Shown here: in pieces, positions 20,125-29,522 of the stretch | Numbering within the stretch: the first letter of the stretch is position 1 | How the letters are laid out: the number at the start of each line of letters is the position of its first letter | Translations under genes and position numbers: made by a program | Assembly (NCBI GenBank): GCA_049599475.1 | Contig: JBMYOQ010000028.1 | Location: 1 to 47,217, forward strand | Reading direction: 5' to 3' | DNA: 47,217 bases | From: Opitutales bacterium | GTDB taxonomy: Bacteria > Verrucomicrobiota > Verrucomicrobiia > Opitutales > JABSRG01 | The notes under the pieces: model-generated | Database searches by the model: none | Told to the model about the DNA's origin: nothing | What the model saw: the letters and a program-made list of their open reading frames with translations, nothing else

Positions 20125-20672
20125 TAGCTTAATCCCTCATCCTTCAAATGCCGAATCACCCGAGCGGGATTACCGACCGCCACCGTATATGGCGGTATAG
20201 ATTTTGTGACTACGGATCCCGCGCCTATCACAGCCCCCTCGCCAATTGTCACACCTTTTAAAACACAAGCATTCGCTCCGATCCAAACCCGTTTCTCAAC
20301 AACAGTGGCCTCACTTTTCAATACGGATCGTTCTCCCTCTAAAGAGTGATCGTGGTCAGTGATGTATACATTAGGTCCAATCATCACACCCTCCCCGACG
20401 AGCAACTGCTCACTGACATCAAGGATAACGCCTCTATTGAAATAGCAAAATGCCCCAACTTTGAGAACGGGTTTCGGATTCCCAAGATCATGGCTAATAA
20501 TAAACGAACAACCATCCTCAAGAGCTACACTCTTTTCAATTTCGAGTGACTTATGCTCGCGAGGAATATCAAGACGCCCAAGCCGGCAATAGCCTCGAAT
20601 TTGCACCCCTCTTATTTTCCAATAGTAATTCCTGAGACGAGAAATCACACCCGTATAAATCCTATGTATCAT
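20124..20672 (-). CDS. Hexapeptide-repeat O-acetyltransferase
   Basis: ITDHDH, VWIGANACVLKGVTIGEGAVIGAGSVV, GNPARVIR. Start moved to ATG 20672, which overlaps the upstream stop as ATGA. Confidence 0.88.
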   Translation of the reverse strand: MIHRIYTGVISRLRNYYWKIRGVQIRGYCRLGRLDIPREHKSLEIEKSVALEDGCSFIISHDLGNPKPVLKVGAFCYFNRGVILDVSEQLLVGEGVMIGPNVYITDHDHSLEGERSVLKSEATVVEKRVWIGANACVLKGVTIGEGAVIGAGSVVTKSIPPYTVAVGNPARVIRHLKDEGLS

Positions 20673-21577
20673 TTTGAGACCTCCCCGAGTGCCCGGCGCC
20701 CTCCAGCAAGGAATGACCGCCAATTTTTGTTCCCAGTGCGAATCATATTCATCACTAGAAAATAGAGATGAATACATAGTCTGCGCCGAGTCCAGGCAGG
20801 ACCACGTCCGAGACATTCAGTACTCACCCGATATTGGTTCACAAACTGCATCAGCGCCATCTTGTAAAAATCGCGTTTTCCAGAATCCTGAGGGCTCACA
20901 TGCACATATGGTGATGTATTTTCAAAGTAGATACATCCGTGCTTACGAATACGCGTTGAGAGATGCATATCTTCTCCCCAACTATATCCCTGAAAATCAG
21001 GAAATAGTTCGGCACTAAACACATCCGTTTTAAGTAAGAGGCAGGTTGAGTTGAGCCATTCACTGGGAATCAAGCGGTCTTCTTCAAAGTATGTGGGAAC
21101 TGTATTGATGGCAGGCCCGAACACCTGTCCCCCATAATCCGAGTGGTCATATCCAGCCTGGAAGCGATAATAAGCCCGCAACACACCCTTGGGAGGCGAA
21201 TGGCTGAGCCCTTTAATCCGTCCAGACATGCCCACAATGTCCTCACCAACTCTCCACGAATTGAGCAGTCGCTCGAAATGATCTTCTGGCAGGCGCACGT
21301 CATCGTCCAAAAAGCAGATTAATGGGGTATCCACGAGCTCTGCTCCATAATTACGCTGCTTTGCGGCGCTTTCCAAGTCGGATGAACGATAATCAATATC
21401 AACATCCTTCAAGGACTCGTTATGATCTGCAGGATTTCCCGATGGATCTGCAGAGCTATCACTGATGATTATCTTCGCAGCCTTCTTACTTTGAGCCTGT
21501 AGATCTGAAACGGTATCTAGAAGGCATTGAGAGCGCCCCTTCGTAGCTATCACAACACTATATGAACAATCCGTCAT
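20669..21577 (-). CDS. Glycosyltransferase family 2
   Basis: SVVIATKGR, QRNYG, FLDDDV, GEDMH. Confidence 0.88.
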   Translation of the reverse strand: MTDCSYSVVIATKGRSQCLLDTVSDLQAQSKKAAKIIISDSSADPSGNPADHNESLKDVDIDYRSSDLESAAKQRNYGAELVDTPLICFLDDDVRLPEDHFERLLNSWRVGEDIVGMSGRIKGLSHSPPKGVLRAYYRFQAGYDHSDYGGQVFGPAINTVPTYFEEDRLIPSEWLNSTCLLLKTDVFSAELFPDFQGYSWGEDMHLSTRIRKHGCIYFENTSPYVHVSPQDSGKRDFYKMALMQFVNQYRVSTECLGRGPAWTRRRLCIHLYFLVMNMIRTGNKNWRSFLAGGRRALGEVSK

Positions 21578-22746
21578 AGTTTTTCAGCATCCAGCCGACC
21601 TCGATTAAAATGCCTGTTTATAAGATCAAGGTATTTAGCTGCTACACGATCCCATCTAAATTGTTCAGCAAAACCCCGCGTTGTATTCCTATCAGAATTC
21701 GCAAGAATCCGGTCACACTCCACTATCGCCGCGGCTATATCGTGTTCAGTCTCGCCTTGGGCGACTACGCAGTGATTCTTTTCACTCGCCAATTCCGCAA
21801 AACCAGTGTGCTTGCCACAGACCACAGCTAAGCCGCTCGCAAGTGCTTCTAGATATACTATCCCAAAACCCTCGAAACTCTTTTGCTCCCTCTTGGGTAC
21901 CATCGCGAAGATTTGGTGCTCTCGCAAAATGAGCGGAAGTTCCGAATTAGGGGGTCTACCAATAAATTTTACTGAGTTATCCAAGTTCAATTCAGACACC
22001 AAGTTTTCCAATACACTTCGTGCATCTCCATCACCAAACACACTCAAAACGAATCTTCCAGGATCACGGTCTTCCAGTACTCGCATCGCCCGGATTAATC
22101 CTGAGAAATTTTTACGACATTCATTTAGCCTGCCTCCCGTGATGATTGAAATAGGCACCCCGCCATTCTTCAGTAAGCCTTCAAAAAAGGCATCACCCAC
22201 ACCACAATAACTCACAAGAGTTTCGCAGTCGAGTTTTCCAAATCTCGACGAAAACATTTCGAGCGTTTTAGCGCTATTTGCCGTAACAGCAGTTGCAGAA
22301 CCAACATATTCTCCGATCGAGCGCTTTGTCCGGAACTGAGCCGATGCAAACTCTAAACGATCACTAAATCCACGAATCAATTTAGACCATTTTTCATCTC
22401 TATAAGTAGGATTCGGATTCAGAAAATCATTACCATGAATCGTCAAAATTACCGGTTTCACATATTGGACAACCCACGTGTAAGCAGCATTAAGCACACA
22501 CCATCCAATGACACCAGAGTCATACCTTAGGATAAGCTCACGGTCTGCCTTTTCAAAACCACAAAGACCAGTTACGACTGTCACTCGACTTTCATTGTAA
22601 TCATCAGGCATCTCTCGCGACCGCGTAACCACGACGACTGCAACACCGGCTTTCGCGATAGACCCGACCAGCGAGGCAGCAAATCGCTCCATTCCACCCA
22701 CGTCAGGAGGGAACTCCGGCGCAATCACTCCAATCGTGCTGCTCAT
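21574..22746 (-). CDS. Glycosyltransferase family 4
   Basis: EFPPDVGGME, EGFGIVYLEALASG (EX7E). Confidence 0.88.
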   Translation of the reverse strand: MSSTIGVIAPEFPPDVGGMERFAASLVGSIAKAGVAVVVVTRSREMPDDYNESRVTVVTGLCGFEKADRELILRYDSGVIGWCVLNAAYTWVVQYVKPVILTIHGNDFLNPNPTYRDEKWSKLIRGFSDRLEFASAQFRTKRSIGEYVGSATAVTANSAKTLEMFSSRFGKLDCETLVSYCGVGDAFFEGLLKNGGVPISIITGGRLNECRKNFSGLIRAMRVLEDRDPGRFVLSVFGDGDARSVLENLVSELNLDNSVKFIGRPPNSELPLILREHQIFAMVPKREQKSFEGFGIVYLEALASGLAVVCGKHTGFAELASEKNHCVVAQGETEHDIAAAIVECDRILANSDRNTTRGFAEQFRWDRVAAKYLDLINRHFNRGRLDAEKL

Positions 22747-23624
22747 TTAGTGAAAAAATCGCTTTTCTCTCGAAGGGCAACTAGACCCTCGGAATAAAAC
22801 CGATGCCGAATGGGACCGGTATAATGAAACGATGGGACATTCTTAGGTGTCTGCCCTAACAATACATCATATTCTCTTGGCAAAAACTCGAATCCATATT
22901 GATGCGAACACAAGGCAAACAATGTCTGTTCAATTCTATGACCATGTGAAAATATACCTTCGATTTCGAGGTACTCTTCCAAATTGGCAAGATTTACGGA
23001 ATCCTTAAAAATCAAGCCTAAGCCGGAATTTATGAGAGGCTCTATAGGATAGTCTTCGGATATAGAGTATCCGTATTTCCAGTCACGGTTTAGAGTATTT
23101 TTTAAGTACCCCTTCGATCTTATCCGCTCAAATAGCGTGTGCGGCTCATCAAAAAACAATACGTCCGAGTCTAAGAGAAACATCCGTTCACTCCTGCAGA
23201 AATAGGGCATATCTGACACTTTAAGGATCAACGGATTCGATGCCCGTATTTCTCTCAATTTACGTAGGTCAGAGAGCGGCTCGGCCATCTCTTCATCAGC
23301 CTCAATACGTGTTATTATTCGAGCGAATGGAAAATGCTCTTGAATCAATGCTATCTGCTCAGAACTCAATGAACCATCCTCATGAATACAGAGCGAAAAC
23401 CGACAAGATGTCATCATGTATAGGGATTTCAATACCCAGAGCAAATTCAACCAGTCATGCTGTGATGTCAGGACATGAACTTCTGCTGTAAAATCTGGAT
23501 TCACTTTTATAGGATCTGTGTCGAGTATCCTTCGTCGAACAACATCGCGACAATACGCTACCCGCAGCCCATGCTGGAACTTTGTCCTGAACAAATAGAG
23601 AAGCCTGCCCGGTGTTATCCTCAA
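22743..23624 (-). CDS. Putative GT-A fold nucleotide-sugar transferase (GT8-like)
   Basis: FLLDSDVLFF (DxD), INSGL, EQT, HYTG. TTG start. Confidence 0.6.
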   Translation of the reverse strand: MRITPGRLLYLFRTKFQHGLRVAYCRDVVRRRILDTDPIKVNPDFTAEVHVLTSQHDWLNLLWVLKSLYMMTSCRFSLCIHEDGSLSSEQIALIQEHFPFARIITRIEADEEMAEPLSDLRKLREIRASNPLILKVSDMPYFCRSERMFLLDSDVLFFDEPHTLFERIRSKGYLKNTLNRDWKYGYSISEDYPIEPLINSGLGLIFKDSVNLANLEEYLEIEGIFSHGHRIEQTLFALCSHQYGFEFLPREYDVLLGQTPKNVPSFHYTGPIRHRFYSEGLVALREKSDFFTK

Positions 23625-23627
23625 TGC

Positions 23628-25565
23628 TTATATCGTTTCGGGATCCAAATAGATACCCCAGTTATTTTCAAAAATAATCGATTCGATTACATCCCAATTC
23701 AAAACTAAATGTTTGAGCGGGGCTTTCACCATCTTATTTAACTCGGGCTCAACGAAATCAAATTTGAAACCGAGTTCATCTGACAGCCGACAAAGCGTCT
23801 CTTTCTGATTCTCCTTCGAAATCAAACCTGCCTCATATATCACAGGAAAGGATGATATCCCTGTCATGGCATCCATTTCCAAGGCCTCCAAATACAACCT
23901 TTCTCGCACTCGTTGCACAAAGCGTTCGGGGTTTATCTCTATTCCTCCAGCATCAGCCAAAGGTTTATCACCCGCTCTCACATGAAAGGCACCTCTGGAT
24001 TCCGCAAAAAAATTGGATATCGCTTGGTTACACTTATACAACCGCCTAAGGAATATTAAATCCCATTCAGCTTTGTGAAGATCGCTTAGGAAACCCGAGA
24101 CATCAATCCTTCGTGACAACAGATCCGTGATCTTAATGTGCGAAACCAGGTACTTCTGTTGCGCAGCAAGCCCTTTAACATAGTAAGCGGGAAGTCTTGG
24201 GAATTTTGGACCCTTCCAACGATGCGTGCCCAAGATTTCCCCATTTTTCTGAAAATTAGAACCTCCAGAAATGAGCGACTCAAGCAAAGTGCTACCCGAA
24301 CGTCCCTGCCCAAAAATCAGGATACTTCGACCATGGTTAACACGCCGCCTTCCCATTCCCAGTAGAGTTGTTCTCAGAACCTTCCATTCAGGGGCGCGAT
24401 TCTGATCGCTTGGCCACCTGTCAGCGCGTGTATAGTCAGGGAGAATTGATTGATATCGGCGCAGGCTGCGATCCACAGAGATGGAGAATTTCTCACACCA
24501 ATCTAGAAATTCCTTAAAGATTTCTCGTGATTCTTTGGTATTTACCAGGCGCCGGTAATAGATACCAACGAAGGCCTCCATACTTTCCCTAAAATACTCG
24601 AGACTCTTATCATCAACCACAACTGAATCCGGGTCATGATAAAAGCTCGGCAATGTCTGACATGGTACATGCTTATGCATATCAAACATTATCTGCGCTA
24701 AAATCTTACACAGGTAATATGGATTACCCTTTTCTGGGAATGCCCGAATGAGAGCCGGAGCATAGATATGCAAAGGAACTCTGAATACAAAAGGCAAGTG
24801 GCTCGATGGCCAGATCCCATTTCCACCAGATCCCGTATATGTAAGGGCCCGAAGCGTGCTTCCCCAATCAATAGCATGCACCCCAAGCTCTTTCGCCAAT
24901 CGTACTGACAATATTTTCGCAGCACCCCCCAGGCATAAAAACACATACCTGACATCATTTTCAATAATCAGCGCTTTTACCGCTTCATAGATATCAGAGA
25001 TATACAAGTGAAGGTCGCAGCCATCATTCGGAGGTTGATATAAAAATAGATTATCAAGGTTCGTCCATATCTCTTTAGCACTTCGCTGGTATCTATCATC
25101 ATCCAGCAAACAACGGAGAATCTCGGCCTCGGCACCACCGATAAGGACTTTATTATTCCTCAAAATCCCTCCTAAGTGCTGCACACTCCAATCGAGAATT
25201 ACTCCAGCATCACCGATTTCATCGATTTGAATTTGCCCATTTTTAGGTTCAAAGATCCATCTCTTCAAAAGCTCAGTATTTTTCGCCTGATGAGGATGAG
25301 CATACAAATCTAAGAGATCCGCCTCTTCATACGATTTTTGCAATTCATCCGCATGCTGAGCCTCCAAGCCAAGGCATCCGAGTGCTTTAGTCAATGTCGC
25401 TCGATTATCTGCACTAGTACTACGGATCGAGATGGATTCTTTATTTTCTTGGTTTTGTACCAAGAAATCCAACTCACGATCACCCAATCTTAAGAATGAA
25501 AATGGAGATTTGGCCTCCATTTTCTGTTGGATCCGATCGATCCAAATTTTCCGAGAATTAGCCAT
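23628..25565 (-). CDS. Fusion of an N-terminal GT-D-fold-like domain and a C-terminal Stf0-like sulfotransferase
   Basis: N-terminal PFSFLRLGDRE and LCLGGAAK...AIDWGS are GT-D/DUF1792-like. C-terminal GQGRSGSTLL (5'-PSB loop) and LRR...QAIS...A are Stf0-like. Confidence 0.65.
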   Translation of the reverse strand: MANSRKIWIDRIQQKMEAKSPFSFLRLGDRELDFLVQNQENKESISIRSTSADNRATLTKALGCLGLEAQHADELQKSYEEADLLDLYAHPHQAKNTELLKRWIFEPKNGQIQIDEIGDAGVILDWSVQHLGGILRNNKVLIGGAEAEILRCLLDDDRYQRSAKEIWTNLDNLFLYQPPNDGCDLHLYISDIYEAVKALIIENDVRYVFLCLGGAAKILSVRLAKELGVHAIDWGSTLRALTYTGSGGNGIWPSSHLPFVFRVPLHIYAPALIRAFPEKGNPYYLCKILAQIMFDMHKHVPCQTLPSFYHDPDSVVVDDKSLEYFRESMEAFVGIYYRRLVNTKESREIFKEFLDWCEKFSISVDRSLRRYQSILPDYTRADRWPSDQNRAPEWKVLRTTLLGMGRRRVNHGRSILIFGQGRSGSTLLESLISGGSNFQKNGEILGTHRWKGPKFPRLPAYYVKGLAAQQKYLVSHIKITDLLSRRIDVSGFLSDLHKAEWDLIFLRRLYKCNQAISNFFAESRGAFHVRAGDKPLADAGGIEINPERFVQRVRERLYLEALEMDAMTGISSFPVIYEAGLISKENQKETLCRLSDELGFKFDFVEPELNKMVKAPLKHLVLNWDVIESIIFENNWGIYLDPETI

Positions 25566-25621
25566 CAATGTTCCTAGAAAAAATGAGCATAATGCTCTTC
25601 AAAAGCGACTCCCTAAGGATC

Positions 25622-26518
25622 TCAAGTTTCTTTGCTTTTGACGGCATATCTAAAAGAGCGTTCCAGCTTGAACGCAGCGCTAAAAAAAATCCATCTCTGA
25701 TCAAATAGATCATCAGATAGCGCACTAAAATAAGCTGATAGTGACATTCGGTGCCTGGGAGTCAAAGAACCGACTCTGCGCAATGTTTCTCTTCCAATTA
25801 CTCTGCTTTCAATCTGCGACAACCGGCTGAGCTTTGTTTTCCATCGATTTTTCATCCTATCAGGAGAGTGATCATCTCGATAAAAACAGAAAGCGTTCTG
25901 AGGAGGTCGAGCATAGCGCGGCGAAGCGCATATAACTCTTAGAAAGAACTCCCAATCCTGACAAGAAGCTAGTGATTCCGGAAAAGCACCAATCCCCTCA
26001 ATAAAATCCTTTCGAAAGATCGGGCCTGCGGTAGGCCATCTGAATTTTCTCTCGAGGTACATTGAACTCTGCTCTTCTACCGAAGAACTCTCATACCCCT
26101 CAGGCGTATCCATCCACTTTTCCAATTCCGTATTACTATTTTCACTAGAAAATGTTTTTCCGCCACCCAACACCACGTCGGCCTCTTCACTTACCGATAT
26201 TTGTAATTCAAATTTTGAGGCCTCTACTAAATCGTCAGAATCTAGGAATTGTATCCAATCTCCGGAAGCATGACCCAATCCTATATTTCGACAAGCGTTC
26301 GCTCCCTTCTTTCCCTCGTTGTAATAAATCTTAGCTTTATCAAAGCTTCGTACGGTCTTTTCAATAACGCATAGTTCATCTGTATTTGAGCAATCATCAA
26401 TAACAAGGATCTCAAAATCGGAAAAACTTGAGCGCATAACAGACCTAAGAGTTTCCTTGAGTAAGCCACTCCGATTGAATGTTGGTATAATGATGGATAG
26501 CTTTGGCTTCAAGATCAC
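25622..26518 (-). CDS. Glycosyltransferase family 2 (C-terminus possibly frameshifted at the T8 tract)
   Basis: SIIIPTFNR, DDCS, FLDSDD, QDWEF. Confidence 0.88.
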   Translation of the reverse strand: MILKPKLSIIIPTFNRSGLLKETLRSVMRSSFSDFEILVIDDCSNTDELCVIEKTVRSFDKAKIYYNEGKKGANACRNIGLGHASGDWIQFLDSDDLVEASKFELQISVSEEADVVLGGGKTFSSENSNTELEKWMDTPEGYESSSVEEQSSMYLERKFRWPTAGPIFRKDFIEGIGAFPESLASCQDWEFFLRVICASPRYARPPQNAFCFYRDDHSPDRMKNRWKTKLSRLSQIESRVIGRETLRRVGSLTPRHRMSLSAYFSALSDDLFDQRWIFFSAAFKLERSFRYAVKSKET

Positions 26519-27645
26519 TTAGCTTCAGCCAGCTCGGACAACACTTTGTTCAGCTTTCTGAGTTGCGATTTTTGTGCATAATTCGCTTCTACACGACTAC
26601 GTGCCAATTCAGCAAACTTCTTCCTTTTCTCTACCGAACGCAGGAGTTCCACCATACGCTTCACGGAGCTGTCCAAGTCATGCAAATCGATAAGCAAGCC
26701 CGATTTTCCGTCCTCAATGACTTGAGGAATTCCCCCATGATCCGTGGAGACCACAGGCAAACCGGATGCACACGCTTCTAATATTGCAACGGGCGTGCCT
26801 TCACTATCACCTGCACTTTCTCGCAAAACGGGGACCTGCGAAGGCTGAAGATAAAGGGCTGAGCGTCGCATTAATCGAACGATCTCTGAAGACTGCATCT
26901 CTCCTGGAAGCTCCACTGAAGCCTCCAACCCCTTGAGCTCGATTATTTGCCTACATGCCTCCCGCATAGGCCCATCCCCAACCATTACAAGGTTCGCCTC
27001 AGGCACATAATCGCGTAGTGCATCGAATAAAGCCAAGACACAGAGCGGGCTTTTCTTATCAACAAAACGGCCAACAAATAAGAGCTGAGGAGGATTCTTA
27101 CTCGTATCAAAAAAATCAAACTCCCGAACATCAACACCACACGGAATTGTCACGATTTTACTGCCACAAAACCCAAGATGCATTAACCGAGCTTTCATCA
27201 CTTCGGATACAGCAACAAAGCCAGAAGCCACATTCGAAAGCTCATGGTACTGATCAGAATATTTCTCAATATAATCCTTTCGATGCGCATCAAAACCGTG
27301 AAAATGTATCAGTATAGGACAAGCAATAGCCTTTATTAGCTCTAAGTTCACAGCCGCCGTTATACCATACTCTACAAACACAACATCCGGGGCGAAAATA
27401 CGGATCTCATTTAATAAATATTTGCGCTCATATGGAACTGCATCCATTGAAATTCGCGCAATGGCACGCCCAAAAAAATTAGGGTTTATGACGGGTACTA
27501 CATGCTCCTGATCACCTTGGCGTAAGATTGCTCTTCCAGATCTCCAGGATAGCACCATCTTATTTCCATCGATACCTTTTATATGAGCACCAATAAAAGT
27601 CTCTGAGACTTTTCCCATATCGGGAGTTATAATTAAGACACGCAT
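26515..27645 (-). CDS. Glycosyltransferase family 4 (WcaL-like)
   Basis: SETFI, HFHGFD, VGRFVDKK, DSEGTPVAILEA. Confidence 0.88.
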   Translation of the reverse strand: MRVLIITPDMGKVSETFIGAHIKGIDGNKMVLSWRSGRAILRQGDQEHVVPVINPNFFGRAIARISMDAVPYERKYLLNEIRIFAPDVVFVEYGITAAVNLELIKAIACPILIHFHGFDAHRKDYIEKYSDQYHELSNVASGFVAVSEVMKARLMHLGFCGSKIVTIPCGVDVREFDFFDTSKNPPQLLFVGRFVDKKSPLCVLALFDALRDYVPEANLVMVGDGPMREACRQIIELKGLEASVELPGEMQSSEIVRLMRRSALYLQPSQVPVLRESAGDSEGTPVAILEACASGLPVVSTDHGGIPQVIEDGKSGLLIDLHDLDSSVKRMVELLRSVEKRKKFAELARSRVEANYAQKSQLRKLNKVLSELAEAK

Positions 27646-28427
27646 TAATTGCCTAAAAACGCCGAAACCTTATTCATCTCGCGAGCGCACTGTGCTTCGA
27701 TATATCCCACAATTTCATTGGGCAGGGCGGCTCGCGCTCCTGCGGGTTGATAAGCTACATCAATCTTATCTTTTATATCGTATCGATACTCCAATCCACA
27801 ATATTCCAGAACCTGCTTAATCAGCGGAATTTTGTTCGCTTCGAAAGACTCATATCCGACAGTCATGCAGTGCTTTGAATGCTTACTCCAAATTTCATAA
27901 AGGACTTTATAACGGCCAACCAGACTCTCGAGGATTGTTTTGGTATGTGGGTAGAATTCGGGATTTTCGAAGACCCATTTCCAATACGGTCGCCTCTTAT
28001 GCAATGAGTAGTCAAATTTAGAAATTGGAGCCATCAGCTCTTCAGCGGAGACATCTAATCGCTCACATATACTTCGAATATTCTGAACAGGCCCTCTAAA
28101 TATCCAGATAAACTTCGCATTAGGAAACAGCTCCAATAGTTCAGAAAAATAAAAACTAAGATTTGGTTCTTTAATGATACGAGCCTGAAACTCCTCGCGC
28201 TGTCGTCGCAAAGCCCAGTTCAAATCCCTTTTAGATTGAGTGCGTTCGACCAGATACTCCTCCCAGAAATATTCAATATCATTGGTTAACGATTCACCTG
28301 CCGCCAGGCTAACCAGCTTCGCGAGTGCTGTCGTGCCCGACTTTTGATTTCCAAGAACAATCACCTTCTCGGCTTCTAAAAGCCTCCTCATACCAAAGGG
28401 AATCATCTGCGCAAGAATACCCATCAC
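27645..28427 (-). CDS. PAPS-dependent sulfotransferase
   Basis: LGNQKSGTTAL (5'-PSB loop), IKEP, IFRGPVQNIRS (3'-PB motif), YESF. Confidence 0.8.
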   Translation of the reverse strand: MMGILAQMIPFGMRRLLEAEKVIVLGNQKSGTTALAKLVSLAAGESLTNDIEYFWEEYLVERTQSKRDLNWALRRQREEFQARIIKEPNLSFYFSELLELFPNAKFIWIFRGPVQNIRSICERLDVSAEELMAPISKFDYSLHKRRPYWKWVFENPEFYPHTKTILESLVGRYKVLYEIWSKHSKHCMTVGYESFEANKIPLIKQVLEYCGLEYRYDIKDKIDVAYQPAGARAALPNEIVGYIEAQCAREMNKVSAFLGN

Positions 28428-29518
28428 AGTACCAGAATTTCTTTGGATAGTTTCAGAAAGTTACTCCGAAATGCATTGGGGCCGAAAACCCTTTCAGCCA
28501 TATCCTGTATGCGTACCCTATCTTCGCAACTGAGCTTCGCATTATATATCGATGACTGCACATCACGGACAGCAGCGCTAGGCTCAAGGCCAGTAATGGC
28601 TGTAGTCGGAAAAGCATCTTCTGCAAAAAAGGCGTGTCCTTCCGTCTGAGTCATTATCAACGGCGTTCCGCATCTCAGACTTTCCAGGATAGCAAAATCA
28701 AAATACGAAGAGCGATTCACTGAGATTAGAAAGTCCACACTACTCATCCATTGTGAGGGATCTTCAATGACACCTAAGTCCGTATAGTTCGGCCCAGGTG
28801 GCAAACATTCGCCTGGGCCTCCAATAATTATATGCATATCGGGACACGCCTCCTCAAGAATGGGCAACATATCGACCAAAAGATCATACCCTTTCACTGC
28901 CAATCGACGGCCTAGAAACAGGCCATAGACTTTGCCAGGATCCAAGGGAACGGGGTGCGGATGAACCTGCGTACGACAACCACTTGGCAGAAAAAATGAG
29001 TGATGGGTATCCGGCAGGTATTCTCGGTAAATCTCTTTACATCCTTCTGAAGCAAAAACAAAAGCATTCACCCTCCCATACGCTCGCTCAATCCTTGCCT
29101 CCACCCAACGGATAACCTCACCCCGAGCACCTGCGTTTTTCAACTGCTGGAGATAATTCTCGGGATTCAGTGGATGAAAGACTACCGTCTGATTATCTGG
29201 AATTAAGTCGATGCAGCTCGCGAGCTCCATGAAATTCAGGAAATATACCGCTCGATAGGACGCCGCATTAATCATTTTATAATGAGTATGCGCGGCTTGT
29301 GCCTTGGCACTAGGAAACTGCTCTCGCTTCTTTGTTAGCTTCCGGTGAATTCTTGCGATAATTGACGTATCTGGATTTTCCTTATTTTCAGCCCATGAAT
29401 ACATCACCTCATCACTCACGGGTTCGAAGAAGTTTTGGCCAATAAAACCGACAGGGCCTCCCCTATGCGGTGAGAATTCACCTTGATGAGCCGAAAAAAT
29501 TAAGAGTTTTTCTAACAT
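28424..29518 (-). CDS. Glycosyltransferase family 4 (divergent)
   Basis: GGP, FLGRRLAVKGYD, SYFDFAILES. ATG 29518 chosen to avoid overlap with wzt. Confidence 0.75.
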   Translation of the reverse strand: MLEKLLIFSAHQGEFSPHRGGPVGFIGQNFFEPVSDEVMYSWAENKENPDTSIIARIHRKLTKKREQFPSAKAQAAHTHYKMINAASYRAVYFLNFMELASCIDLIPDNQTVVFHPLNPENYLQQLKNAGARGEVIRWVEARIERAYGRVNAFVFASEGCKEIYREYLPDTHHSFFLPSGCRTQVHPHPVPLDPGKVYGLFLGRRLAVKGYDLLVDMLPILEEACPDMHIIIGGPGECLPPGPNYTDLGVIEDPSQWMSSVDFLISVNRSSYFDFAILESLRCGTPLIMTQTEGHAFFAEDAFPTTAITGLEPSAAVRDVQSSIYNAKLSCEDRVRIQDMAERVFGPNAFRSNFLKLSKEILVL

Positions 29519-29522
29519 AGTA

